In this document: one piece after another, positions 9,229-18,110 of the stretch
Position numbering within the stretch: position 1 is the first letter of the stretch
Layout: each line of letters begins with the position of its first letter
Translations under genes and position numbers: made by a program
From: Coriobacteriales bacterium
Lineage (GTDB): Bacteria; Actinomycetota; Coriobacteriia; Coriobacteriales; QAMH01
NCBI GenBank assembly: GCA_051876075.1
Contig: JBJEHM010000023.1
Coordinates: forward strand, 6,114 to 70,113
Direction: 5' to 3'
DNA: 64,000 nucleotides
The notes under the pieces: model-generated
The model's input: only the letters and a program-made list of their open reading frames with translations
Told to the model about the DNA's origin: nothing
The model's database searches: none

Positions 9229-9327
9229 CATCCGGCAGCTCGCACACCCCGGCATGTAGGCACACAGCGTCCCGCGGTGGTATCATCGCGGGACGTTTTC
9301 GCATTTCCACGGAAAGGTCAGGCACCT

Positions 9328-10542
9328 ATGCTTTCCACTGAAGAACAGCTCCACATCATCCAGTCGGGTGTTCATGAGATAAAGCCCCTCGATGCCCTGA
9401 AGGAGAAGCTGGACCGCGGCGAGCCCCTCAACATCAAGCTGGGCGTCGACCCCACCAGCCCCGACCTCCACATCGGCCATGCCGTGCCCCTGCGCAAGCT
9501 GCGCCAGTTCCAGGACCTGGGCCATCGCGTCACCCTCATCATCGGCGACGGCACCGCCCTCATCGGCGACCCCAGCGGGCGCAACTCCACCCGCCCCCAG
9601 CTTTCCAAGGAGCAGATCGAGGCCAACGCCCAGACCTACATGGACCAGGCCATGAAGATCCTCGACCCCGCAAAGACCGATGTCCGCCACAACAGCGAGT
9701 GGATCTTCAGCCTGGACCTGGCCCAGCTCCTGAGCGTCCTCTCCAACTTCACGGTTGCCCGCATCCTGGAGCGCGACGACTTCAACAACCGCTACACCAA
9801 CCACCTGCCCATCGCCCTGCACGAGTTCCTCTACCCAGTGATGCAGGCCTACGATTCCGTCGTCATCAAGGCAGACGTTGAGATTGGCGGCAGCGACCAG
9901 CTCTTCAACCTGCTTGCAGGCCGCGAGCTCATGGAGAAGCTGGGTATGGAGCCGCAGGTTGCGCTCACCCTGCCGCTGCTGGAGGGCACAGACGGCGTGA
10001 AGAAGATGTCCAAGAGCTACGGCAACTACATCGGCCTTACAGACGAGCCCGCAGACATGTTCGGTAAGGTCATGAGCATCCCCGACGAGCTGATGGTCAA
10101 GTACTTCCGCGTGGCAACTGCCATGCCCGTTGCAGAGGTCGACGCCATCGAGGCTGGCCTGGCCAGCGGCGAGCTGCACCCCAACAAGGTCAAGCGCCAG
10201 CTGGGCCGCGAGCTCGTCACCATCTACCACTCCGCTCAAGACGCAGAGGCGGCAGAGGAGGCCTTCGACAAGCTCTTCAAGGAGCACGAGATCCCCGAGG
10301 ACATCGAGGAGTTCGCCATCGAACTCGTCGACGACGCGGAGAAGGGCGGGGTCTTCCTGCCTCCCGTGCTGGTGGCATGCAAGCTGGCCGGCACCAACGG
10401 CGAGGCCCGCAGGCTGATCGACGGCGGCGGTGTGAAGGTCAACGGCCAGGCCCTGGCTGCCAAGACCTACAACGTCCCCGCACAGCAGCTCGCAGGCGCC
10501 GTTCTGCAGGTCGGCAAGCGCAAGTTCGCCCGCTTGGCCTAA
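9328..10542 (+). CDS. tyrS: Tyrosine--tRNA ligase
   Basis: KLGVDPTSPDLHIGH (HIGH), KMSKS, C-terminal S4-like domain ending VGKRKF. Confidence 0.97.
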   Translation: MLSTEEQLHIIQSGVHEIKPLDALKEKLDRGEPLNIKLGVDPTSPDLHIGHAVPLRKLRQFQDLGHRVTLIIGDGTALIGDPSGRNSTRPQLSKEQIEANAQTYMDQAMKILDPAKTDVRHNSEWIFSLDLAQLLSVLSNFTVARILERDDFNNRYTNHLPIALHEFLYPVMQAYDSVVIKADVEIGGSDQLFNLLAGRELMEKLGMEPQVALTLPLLEGTDGVKKMSKSYGNYIGLTDEPADMFGKVMSIPDELMVKYFRVATAMPVAEVDAIEAGLASGELHPNKVKRQLGRELVTIYHSAQDAEAAEEAFDKLFKEHEIPEDIEEFAIELVDDAEKGGVFLPPVLVACKLAGTNGEARRLIDGGGVKVNGQALAAKTYNVPAQQLAGAVLQVGKRKFARLA

Positions 10543-10596
10543 AGACCTTGCCCCAGGGCCCCGCCCAATCGGGTATCATGGGGCCCGCTCGCATGT

Positions 10597-10673
10597 CGGG
10601 GTGTGGCGCAGCCTGGTAGCGCGCCTGCTTTGGGAGCAGGATGTCGCAGGTTCGAATCCTGTCACCCCGACCA
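10597..10673 (+). tRNA. tRNA-Pro (TGG)
   Basis: CGGGGTG acceptor stem, anticodon arm CCTGC-TTTGGGA-GCAGG, GGTTCGAATCC T-arm, encoded CCA. Confidence 0.97.
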
Positions 10674-10684
10674 CTCGCATGCAA

Positions 10685-10710
10685 AAACGGCACCCCGCGG
10701 GGTGCCGTTT
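10685..10710. terminator. Terminator after tRNA-Pro / convergent flavoprotein gene
   Basis: AAACGGCACCCC / GGGGTGCCGTTT inverted repeat. Confidence 0.7.
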
Positions 10711-10737
10711 CTCATGGGGGCGCAAGTGTCGCAGCGT

Positions 10738-11355
10738 CTAGCGGATGAAGTTGGTTTGGACGGCCTGCTCGCGCTGCGGGATGCCGTAGGCCTCCCTGCC
10801 CAGGGCGATCGACTTCATGAGAAAGCTCATGTTGCGCGCCAAAGTGCGCATCTGCTGCATGCCTTCGGCATCTTCAACCGCCTCGCCGGGGGTGCGGCCG
10901 TGCGCGCCGTTCCAGTACTGGCCGCTTGCCACGGGCATGCCGCTGAAGAGGAAGTACTTGTTGATCTGGTCGATGGTGGCGGTGATGCCGCCCCTGCGGG
11001 CCACGGCCACGGCCGCTCCCACCTTCATGGTCTTGTCTGCCTTGCAGCTGAGGAAGAGGCGGTCGAGCAGGGCGTCGAGCGTGGCGTTGGAGCTGGCATA
11101 GTAGACCGGGGAACCCACCACCAGGCCGTCTGCCTCAATGAATTTGGGGGCGACTTCGTTGACCATGTCGTCGTAGACGCACTTGCCCAGCTTGCCGCAG
11201 CCATAGCAGGCCACGCAGCCGCGGATCACCTGCTTGCCAACCTGCACGGTCTCGACTTCGATGCCCTCCTCTGCAAAGGCCTTCTCCATCTCGGCCAGGG
11301 CGCAGGCGGTGTTGCCGCCTTCGCGGGGGCTTCCGTTGATCATGAGAACCTTCAT
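10738..11355 (-). CDS. Flavodoxin-fold iron-sulfur flavoprotein (Isf / NADPH-dependent FMN reductase family)
   Basis: INGSPR.GGNT FMN loop, CVACYGC.....C cluster motif, GSPVYY, RRGG. Confidence 0.88.
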   Translation of the reverse strand: MKVLMINGSPREGGNTACALAEMEKAFAEEGIEVETVQVGKQVIRGCVACYGCGKLGKCVYDDMVNEVAPKFIEADGLVVGSPVYYASSNATLDALLDRLFLSCKADKTMKVGAAVAVARRGGITATIDQINKYFLFSGMPVASGQYWNGAHGRTPGEAVEDAEGMQQMRTLARNMSFLMKSIALGREAYGIPQREQAVQTNFIR

Positions 11356-11457
11356 GTAACTGCTCCTTTGTGTGCTCGCGAACGTGAACCGACGGTTGGA
11401 ATGATGATAGCAGCCGTTTTCTGGCGAGGTAAGTTGTGCTAGACTACCTCGCTACGC

Positions 11458-11532
<75 letters not shown>

Positions 11533-11587
11533 TAGCACTGTAGCGGGCCGCCCCTGTGGCGGCCTGCTTTGATGTTGGGAGCCGTCT

Positions 11588-12505
11588 TTGGCACAGGACA
11601 AGCCCGCAGAGCGCCCGGCGTGGTTCTACCGCCTGGTGCTGGTGAGCGCCACCTTGATCTGGGGCGGAAACTTCGTCATCTCCAAGCTCGCCGTGGGCGC
11701 CCTGCACCCGGTGTGGGTCATCGCCGTGCGCTTCACCATCGCGGGCCTGCTGCTGGGGCTCGTCTTCCTGTCGCGGGTGCGGCGCTGCATGAGCCTGCCG
11801 CTGCTCAAGGCGGGCCTCATCATCGGCTTCTTCAGCTTCCTCGGCTATGGCAGCCAGTTCATCGGCCTCAGCGGCACCACGCCCTCCAAGAACGCCTTCC
11901 TCTCTGCCTGCTACTGCCTCACCGTCCCCTTCATCTGGTGGCTCGTGGCGCGTCGCCGGCCCACTGCACGCAACCTCGGGGCGGCTGTCCTGTGCGTTGC
12001 CGGCATGGCGCTCGTCACGCTGCAGGGCGAGCTCTCTGTGAGCTGGGGAGACGGGGTCAGCATGCTTTCGGCCCTGCTCTACGGGGCAGAGATCGTGGCG
12101 ATCGCCCTGTGCGTGCGCGACCACGACGTCATCGCCATCACCGTGGTGCAGATGGTCAGCAGCGGTCTCATCGCAGCGGCTGCCGGCCTGCTGCTGGGGC
12201 TGCCCTTTGAAGCGCGGGCCTTTGCAGAGCCGGCGTTCGTCTTGCAGATGGCCTACATCATCGTCTTGGGCAGCTGCTATGCCAGCACGGCCCAGAATCT
12301 CGCCCAGACCAAGGTCCCCCCGGCCCAGGTGAGCATGCTTTTCGCGCTCGAGAGCGTCTTTGGAACGGTCTTCAGCGTGCTCTTCCTCCACGAGGAGCTC
12401 AACGCCCAGCTGCTGTTGGGCTTCGCCCTCATTTTCCTCGCCATACTCGTGTCTGAGCTCGGGGGCCTCAAAGTGAGCAAGGAGAAGGCGGCCCCGCGCG
12501 GTTAG
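11588..12505 (+). CDS. DMT/EamA family transporter
   Basis: IWGGNF, about 10 hydrophobic helices in two repeats, SMLFALESVFG; TTG start after GGGAG. Confidence 0.88.
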   Translation: MAQDKPAERPAWFYRLVLVSATLIWGGNFVISKLAVGALHPVWVIAVRFTIAGLLLGLVFLSRVRRCMSLPLLKAGLIIGFFSFLGYGSQFIGLSGTTPSKNAFLSACYCLTVPFIWWLVARRRPTARNLGAAVLCVAGMALVTLQGELSVSWGDGVSMLSALLYGAEIVAIALCVRDHDVIAITVVQMVSSGLIAAAAGLLLGLPFEARAFAEPAFVLQMAYIIVLGSCYASTAQNLAQTKVPPAQVSMLFALESVFGTVFSVLFLHEELNAQLLLGFALIFLAILVSELGGLKVSKEKAAPRG

Positions 12506-12635
12506 GAGCGGCCCTGCGCTCTGTCGCAGCCTGTGGGAGGGACGCTCTGCAACCGAACGGGTACCATTGTCTGCGGCAGCGCTGCAGTGCTTGGGGTATC
12601 CTTACCGCGAGATAAACCGTGTTCCAGGAGGCTCC

Positions 12636-13187
12636 ATGCAGCTTGCACCCGTAACGGCGGGCGTTCCCGTCATCACCGTCACCGGCTGGTCCAACTCCGG
12701 CAAGACCACCTTCTTCACCAAGGTGGTCGAGCTCCTCACGGCCGCCGGTTACAGCGTGGGTGTCATCAAGCACCACGGCCACAAGGCAGAGACCGTCGAC
12801 CAGAAGGGCAAGGACTCCTGGAAGTACGCGCAAGCCGGCGCCAACCCCGTGGTGCTCTCCAGCGCGATGCAATACGCGATCTTTCGCTCCACGCCCCAGG
12901 GCGAGGTGACCAGGGACGAGCTCATCGCGCAGATCGGGGGAGAGGTCGACTTCGTCATCGTGGAGGGCTTCCGCGCAGATGCAGAAGGCGCCGTCGAGCT
13001 GAGCCGCGTCGCCAATGGCAAGGGCCTCAAGCTCGCCCCAGAGGAGCGCATCGCCCTCATCACCGACAACCCGGAATTCGCCGCGCAGGTGCGCGCAGAG
13101 GGCAAGCCGGTCTTTGGGCTCGACGACCACGCAGAGGTTGCCCGCTACTTCTGCCAGCTGGCTGGCATACAGGACCCCAGGCTCTAG
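12636..13187 (+). CDS. mobB: Molybdopterin-guanine dinucleotide biosynthesis protein B
   Basis: GWSNSGKTT P-loop, VIKHHGH, DQKGKDS, D.VIVEGF. Confidence 0.92.
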   Translation: MQLAPVTAGVPVITVTGWSNSGKTTFFTKVVELLTAAGYSVGVIKHHGHKAETVDQKGKDSWKYAQAGANPVVLSSAMQYAIFRSTPQGEVTRDELIAQIGGEVDFVIVEGFRADAEGAVELSRVANGKGLKLAPEERIALITDNPEFAAQVRAEGKPVFGLDDHAEVARYFCQLAGIQDPRL

Positions 13188-13238
13188 ACATGCATGCTGG
13201 GGAGCTGACAGCTGCCCCGGACCCTAAGGAGGAAGCAC

Positions 13239-14237
13239 GTGAAGGACCATCTTGGCAGAGAGATCGACTATCTGCGCATCTCTGTTACAGACCGCTGCAA
13301 CCTGCGCTGCATCTACTGCATGCCCGCAGAGGGCGTTGCGTGGAAGTCGCACAACGAGATGCTGCGCATCGAGGAGATCGCCCGCGTCGCCCGCATCGCG
13401 GCGGAGGAGGGCATCAGGAAGGTGCGCCTCACCGGAGGCGAGCCCCTGGTGAAGAGGGGCCTTGTGAGCCTCATCACAGACATCAAGGCCGCCGGCATAG
13501 AAGACGTGAGCCTCACCACCAACGGCATTCTGCTGCCGCGCATGGCGCGAGAGCTCAAGGATGCCGGGCTCGACCGCGTGAACATCAGCCTCGACACCCT
13601 CGATGCTGACAAGTACCACGAGATAACCAGGCTCGGCAAGATCGAGGACGTCTTCGCAGCTATAGACGCCGCGCTCGAGTACGGCTTCCATCCCGTCAAG
13701 ATCAACGCCGTGGCAGTGAGAAGCGAGCACCAGAACTTCCTCGAGTTTGCCAAGATGTCTCTCGAGCGCCCCCTGCACGTGCGCTTCATCGAGTACATGC
13801 CGGTGGGCGAGAGCAGCGGCGGCACCGGAGCCGGCTGGGACATCCACGACACCATCCCCAGCGAGGAGTTGCGCCAGATCATCAACGAGGCAGCTGCCGA
13901 GGAGGGCCTTCCCGCGCTCGAGCCCGTCTCCAAGGACGACGCCCCCGGCGGCGGTGGTCCTGCCAAGTACTGGAAGTTCCCCGGTGCTCAGGGCACGGTG
14001 GGATTCATCAGCGCGATGAGCAACCACTTCTGCGCCGAGTGCAACCGCCTGCGCCTCACGGCAGACGGCAAGATTCGCCCCTGCCTCTTCAGCGACGAGG
14101 AGATCGACGTCAAGGCGGCGCTCCAGGGCAGCGACGACGAGGTCCGCAACGCGCTCTACGCAGCGCTCAGGGTCAAGCCAGACGCCCATCATCACAGGGA
14201 GGGCACAGACCGCCGCATGAGCCAGATCGGCGGTTAG
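13239..14237 (+). CDS. moaA: GTP 3',8-cyclase
   Basis: YLRISVTDRCNLRCIYCMP radical SAM motif, FCAECNRLRLTADG.IRPCL, C-terminal MSQIGG. Confidence 0.97.
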   Translation: MKDHLGREIDYLRISVTDRCNLRCIYCMPAEGVAWKSHNEMLRIEEIARVARIAAEEGIRKVRLTGGEPLVKRGLVSLITDIKAAGIEDVSLTTNGILLPRMARELKDAGLDRVNISLDTLDADKYHEITRLGKIEDVFAAIDAALEYGFHPVKINAVAVRSEHQNFLEFAKMSLERPLHVRFIEYMPVGESSGGTGAGWDIHDTIPSEELRQIINEAAAEEGLPALEPVSKDDAPGGGGPAKYWKFPGAQGTVGFISAMSNHFCAECNRLRLTADGKIRPCLFSDEEIDVKAALQGSDDEVRNALYAALRVKPDAHHHREGTDRRMSQIGG

Positions 14238-14291
14238 ACGCCCAGGCGCGCTATAGTTGTGAACATCCGTACTGAGAAAGGCAGGTACGAC

Positions 14292-14846
14292 ATGAGCGAT
14301 ACCATCCCCGGCGGGCTCTCCGCCGGAACAGCAGAGATCACCGGCGCAGACTCCGGCACCCTCACCCATGTAGACGAGCACGGTGCCGTGCGCATGGTCG
14401 ATGTCTCGGCCAAGGCGGACACCCAGCGCATCGCCACGGCGGAGGGCTTCATCTTCATGCACCAAGACACCCTCGACATGATCGTCGAGGGCAAGGCGGC
14501 AAAGGGCGACGTGCTCGCCTGCGCGCGTGTGGCCGGCATCATGGGCTGCAAGCAGACCAGCAGCCTCATCCCCATGTGCCACCCGCTCAATCTCACCAAA
14601 TCCAAGTGCGACCTCGAGCCCATCCTGGCAGGCGAGCGCGAGGACGGACGCGTGGGCATCCACGCCGTCATGACCACCGGCGTCACCGGCAAGACCGGCA
14701 TCGAGATGGAGGCGCTCACCGGTGTCTCGATCGCCCTGCTCACGGTGTACGACATGTGCAAGGCAGTCGACCGCGGCATGGAGATATGCGACGTCCGCCT
14801 GCTCCGCAAGGAGGGCGGCAAGACCGGTTTGTGGACCAGGGACTAG
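14292..14846 (+). CDS. moaC: Cyclic pyranopterin monophosphate synthase
   Basis: LTHVDEHGAVRMVDVS, LIPMCHPL, TGIEMEAL, YDMCKAVD. Confidence 0.96.
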   Translation: MSDTIPGGLSAGTAEITGADSGTLTHVDEHGAVRMVDVSAKADTQRIATAEGFIFMHQDTLDMIVEGKAAKGDVLACARVAGIMGCKQTSSLIPMCHPLNLTKSKCDLEPILAGEREDGRVGIHAVMTTGVTGKTGIEMEALTGVSIALLTVYDMCKAVDRGMEICDVRLLRKEGGKTGLWTRD

Positions 14847-14861
14847 GGAGCGAGGAACACC

Positions 14862-15338
14862 ATGGCACTGCGCTTTGCCATCATCACCTGCAGCGACACC
14901 CGCAGCATCGAGGAGGACACCGCCGGCATGAGGCTCGAGGAGCTCATCGTCGCCAACGGCTGGGAGGTCGCCCGCCACGTCATCGTCAAAGACGAGGCTG
15001 ACCAGATCGGCGCCGCCATCATCGATGCGGCAGACGAGCTGAAGGCAGACATCGTCCTCACCTGCGGCGGCAGCGGCCTGAGCCTGCGCGACGTCACACC
15101 GGAGACCACGCTCTCTGTCTGCGACCGCGAGGTCCCCGGCTTGGGCGAGGCCATGAGGGCCTACTCCATGACCAAGACCGGCCGCGCCATGCTGAGCCGC
15201 GCCACCGCCGGCCAGCGCGGGCGCTGCCTGGTCGTCAACCTCCCCGGCAGCAAGAAGGCCGCCGAGGAGAACTTCGAGGCCGTGTACGGGCAGTTCGAGC
15301 ACGCAGTCCACATGATGGCCGGCGAAGGTCACAAGTAG
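14862..15338 (+). CDS. mog: MogA/MoaB molybdopterin adenylyltransferase
   Basis: IITCSD, DTAG, GGSGLSLRDVTPE, MLSRATAG, VNLPGS. Confidence 0.92.
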   Translation: MALRFAIITCSDTRSIEEDTAGMRLEELIVANGWEVARHVIVKDEADQIGAAIIDAADELKADIVLTCGGSGLSLRDVTPETTLSVCDREVPGLGEAMRAYSMTKTGRAMLSRATAGQRGRCLVVNLPGSKKAAEENFEAVYGQFEHAVHMMAGEGHK

Positions 15339-15346
15339 GGGGCTTC

Positions 15347-15733
15347 ATGGCTATCCGCAGGAAGAAAGAGGGCGAGTACCACACCGGTCGCCTCAACATC
15401 AGCTGCAACCCCGCGCAAAAGGACGCCATTGCCGCGTCGGCCACAGAGCAGGGCAAGTCGATCTCGTCGTACCTGCTCGACCTCTACGAGGCCAGCCAGC
15501 AAGCGGGGAGCAGCGAGAGCCTGGCGCGCGTGGGGCTCGAGGTCGTGGGTTTGAAGAAGCGCTTGGTCGATGTGGAGACCCAGCTGCGCCGCCACCTTGC
15601 GCGCAGCCAGGGCACGCTCGACCCGACGGTGGCAGACGACCTGCGCACCCTCCGCGAGCTGGAGGGGCAGATCGACCTCACCTTGCACGAGCTTGTGGAG
15701 ACGGTAAAGCTTCTCAAGGCCAAGGGCCTGTAG
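15347..15733 (+). CDS. Ribbon-helix-helix protein with coiled-coil C-terminus (MobC/NikA-like)
   Basis: RLNISC strand followed by helices KDAIAASA..QGKSISSYLL and a heptad-rich C-terminal half; typical GC3 codon use; 8 nt after mog stop. Confidence 0.55.
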   Translation: MAIRRKKEGEYHTGRLNISCNPAQKDAIAASATEQGKSISSYLLDLYEASQQAGSSESLARVGLEVVGLKKRLVDVETQLRRHLARSQGTLDPTVADDLRTLRELEGQIDLTLHELVETVKLLKAKGL

Positions 15734-15759
15734 GCTGGCTCACGGCGCAGCAAGAGAAA

Positions 15760-15791
15760 GCGGGCCGGGGGGATGAGACGCCCCGGCCCGC
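15760..15791. terminator. Bidirectional terminator between moa operon and tRNA-Arg
   Basis: GCGGGCCGGGG / CCCCGGCCCGC perfect 11-bp stem. Confidence 0.75.
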
Positions 15792-15801
15792 GCTGTCTTC
15801 C

Positions 15802-15878
15802 TGGCGCCCCCTGCAGGGCTCGAACCTGCGACCGCCGGATTAGAAGTCCGATGCTCTATCCAACTGAGCTAAGGAGGC
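15802..15878 (-). tRNA. tRNA-Arg (TCT)
   Basis: Reverse complement GCCTCCTTAGCTCAGTTGGATAGAGCATCGGACTTCTAATCCGGCGGTCGCAGGTTCGAGCCCTGCAGGGGGCGCCA. Confidence 0.97.
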
Positions 15879-16002
15879 GTGCAGCTTCACATTCTAGCGG
15901 TTATGGGTGCCTTGGGTGAGCGCAGGGCGGCGTGCGGCGGCATCCCCCAGCCGCGCAGCGCAAGCTGTCTTCCGTGCGCTACAGTATGCTGAGCAGGCTG
16001 GA

Positions 16003-16031
16003 CTAAATCCTACTTAAGTACTAGGATTTAG
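16003..16031. promoter_or_regulatory. Palindromic operator upstream of gshA
   Basis: CTAAATCCTA-N9-TAGGATTTAG perfect AT-rich inverted repeat just downstream of a TATGCT -10 candidate (15985-15990). Confidence 0.6.
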
Positions 16032-16058
16032 CCACCGTTTCCACCAGAGAGGGGCCGC

Positions 16059-17339
16059 ATGCTACACGTTGAGGACAGCCGGGTGAGGTCCCTGCTCTTA
16101 AAGGGCAACTTCGGGCTCGAGCGAGAAAGCCTGCGCATCACCCATGACGGCTTCTTGGCACAGACCGCGCACCCCTTCCCGAATCATCCCAACATCCTGT
16201 GCGATTTCTCCGAGAACCAGCTCGAGATCAACACCGGCGTGAGCGGCAGCCCGCAGGCGGCGGTGTCAGAGCTGCTGCAACTCGACGCGCTGGTGCAGCG
16301 CACGCTGGCTGCTGCACCCGAGCCAGAGCTCCTGTGGCCCTTCTCGAACCCGCCCTACATCCGCAGCGAGCTCGACATCCCCATCGCCCAGTACACGGGG
16401 GAGCTGGCGCACAAGACCGCCTACCGCGAGTATCTCAGCGATCGCTACGGCCGCTACAAGATGGCGTTCTCCGGCATCCACTTCAACTACTCGTTTTCCG
16501 ACGAGCTGCTGCAGGCGAGCTTTGAGGCAAGCGGCGAGGACGACTTCACCGCTTACAAGGACCAGCTCTACGTGCAGCTTGCCGAGCGCGCGGTGGCCTA
16601 CGGCTGGCTCATGACAGCGGTCACAGCGGCGAGCCCCCTGATGGACTCGTCGTTCGTGGAGAAGAAGCACATGGGCGAGGACCTCTTCCTGGGCTTGGGC
16701 ACGGTGCGCTGCAGCGAGCTGGGCTATTGGAACTACTTCACCCCGGTGCTCGACTACTCCAGCGTGCGGGCGTATGCAGACAGCATCCAGCGCTACGTTG
16801 ACAGCGGGCTCGTCTGCGCTCCCAGCGAGCTGTACTACCCCGTGCGCATCAAGCCCCGCGGCCCCTATGGGCTCGATGCCCTGAGGGCAGGCGATGTGAG
16901 CCATATCGAGCTGCGGATGTTCGACCTCAACCCGCTCTACCCGGCGGGCGTCAACGTGAGCGACGTCTTCTTCGCGCAGCTCTTCTTGGTGTGGCTCGCC
17001 TCCACGCCGGCAGAGCCCTTTGAGGAAAAACACCAGGTCCAGGCTGCGCAGAACTTCAAGAACGCCAGCCACTACGACCTCAAGACTGTGCGCATCGTGA
17101 GCCCCCTGGGCACGGCCAACACGGCGGCCAAGGCGGCGCGCCACGTGATCGGCTTCATGCGGGAGTTCTACGCCGGCATCGGGGCTGGAGACGAGGTCAT
17201 GGCCTGCCTTGACTACCAGTTCTCCAAGTTTGTCGACAGCTCAAACCGCTACACCCACATCATCCGCGAGCGCTATTCCGGCGGCTTTGTGGACAAGGGC
17301 GTCGAGCTGGCACGGCAACGCCAGCAAGAGCAGCTGTAA
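16059..17339 (+). CDS. gshA: Glutamate--cysteine ligase (GshA; like the N-terminal domain of GshF)
   Basis: FGLERESLR, DFSENQLEINT, LWPFSNPP, SGIHFNYSF, ELYYPVRIK, HIELRMFDLNP. Confidence 0.88.
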   Translation: MLHVEDSRVRSLLLKGNFGLERESLRITHDGFLAQTAHPFPNHPNILCDFSENQLEINTGVSGSPQAAVSELLQLDALVQRTLAAAPEPELLWPFSNPPYIRSELDIPIAQYTGELAHKTAYREYLSDRYGRYKMAFSGIHFNYSFSDELLQASFEASGEDDFTAYKDQLYVQLAERAVAYGWLMTAVTAASPLMDSSFVEKKHMGEDLFLGLGTVRCSELGYWNYFTPVLDYSSVRAYADSIQRYVDSGLVCAPSELYYPVRIKPRGPYGLDALRAGDVSHIELRMFDLNPLYPAGVNVSDVFFAQLFLVWLASTPAEPFEEKHQVQAAQNFKNASHYDLKTVRIVSPLGTANTAAKAARHVIGFMREFYAGIGAGDEVMACLDYQFSKFVDSSNRYTHIIRERYSGGFVDKGVELARQRQQEQL

Positions 17340-17385
17340 AACGCAGAGCAGGCCAGGGGCGATGCCCTTGGCCTGCGGCTTTTGC

Positions 17386-17462
17386 TGGTGCCCTCTACAG
17401 GGTTCGAACCTGCGGCCTTCTGCTCCGGAGGCAGACGCTCTATCCAGCTGAGCTAAGAGGAC
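17386..17462 (-). tRNA. tRNA-Arg (CCG)
   Basis: Reverse complement GTCCTCTTAGCTCAGCTGGATAGAGCGTCTGCCTCCGGAGCAGAAGGCCGCAGGTTCGAACCCTGTAGAGGGCACCA. Confidence 0.97.
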
Positions 17463-17600
17463 GTGCGGCCGCCAAGGCGGCTGCAAGCAAGAAATCTACC
17501 ACAACGCCGCTGTTAAAGAGGCTCGCAGCCGATAACTGCTAGAATTGGGGAGTTAATGCCCTATTACGGCGCGCGTCAGCGCGCTCATTTAGGAGGAGAA

Positions 17601-18083
17601 ATGGCACTCTATACTCCCGAGTACAAGCCCAACGGCCGCGAGACCGCAACCATCACCACCAACAAGGGCGTCATCCGCGTCCAGCTCCACGGAGAAGACG
17701 CCCCCATCCACGTGGGCAACTTCGTCGAGCTTGCCCAGAAGGGCTACTACGACGGCCTCAAGTTCCACCGCTATGTGCCGGACTTTGTGATCCAGGGCGG
17801 CTGCCCGCTGGGCACCGGTACCGGCAACCCCGGCTACTCCATCCACGAGGAGTACAGCACCAACCCCCACAACAGCCATGAGGACGGCACCCTGGCCATG
17901 GCCCGCTCCAACATGCCCAACTCCGCCGGCTCCCAGTTCTACTTCTGCCTGGGTCCCCAGCACTTCCTCGACCCCAACTACACCGTCTTCGGCGACTGCA
18001 TGGACGCAGAGAGCATCGAGGTCGTCCACAGCCTGCGCAAGGGCGATGTGATGGAGTCCATCGTCATCGAGAACGCCAACTAA
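17601..18083 (+). CDS. Cyclophilin-type peptidyl-prolyl cis-trans isomerase
   Basis: YYDGLKFHR..PDFVIQGG, GTLAMAR, SAGSQFY, YTVFG; AGGAGG RBS. Confidence 0.95.
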   Translation: MALYTPEYKPNGRETATITTNKGVIRVQLHGEDAPIHVGNFVELAQKGYYDGLKFHRYVPDFVIQGGCPLGTGTGNPGYSIHEEYSTNPHNSHEDGTLAMARSNMPNSAGSQFYFCLGPQHFLDPNYTVFGDCMDAESIEVVHSLRKGDVMESIVIENAN

Positions 18084-18110
18084 ACAGCAACACAAGGATA
18101 GGGGCTGCCA

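Noticed and set aside
9229-9327. T-box leader before tyrS
   Set aside because: Spacer is only ~100 nt and has no GGTGGNACCGCG T-box or specifier stem
12506-12635. Moco riboswitch before mobB/moaA (also checked before the molybdoenzyme)
   Set aside because: No recognisable Moco RNA consensus or multi-stem architecture by eye; an Infernal search would be needed to exclude it fully
15347-17462. Integrated element at tRNA-Arg (attL/attR)
   Set aside because: No integrase and no duplicated tRNA 3' fragment; the two similar sequences are both complete tRNA genes with different anticodons
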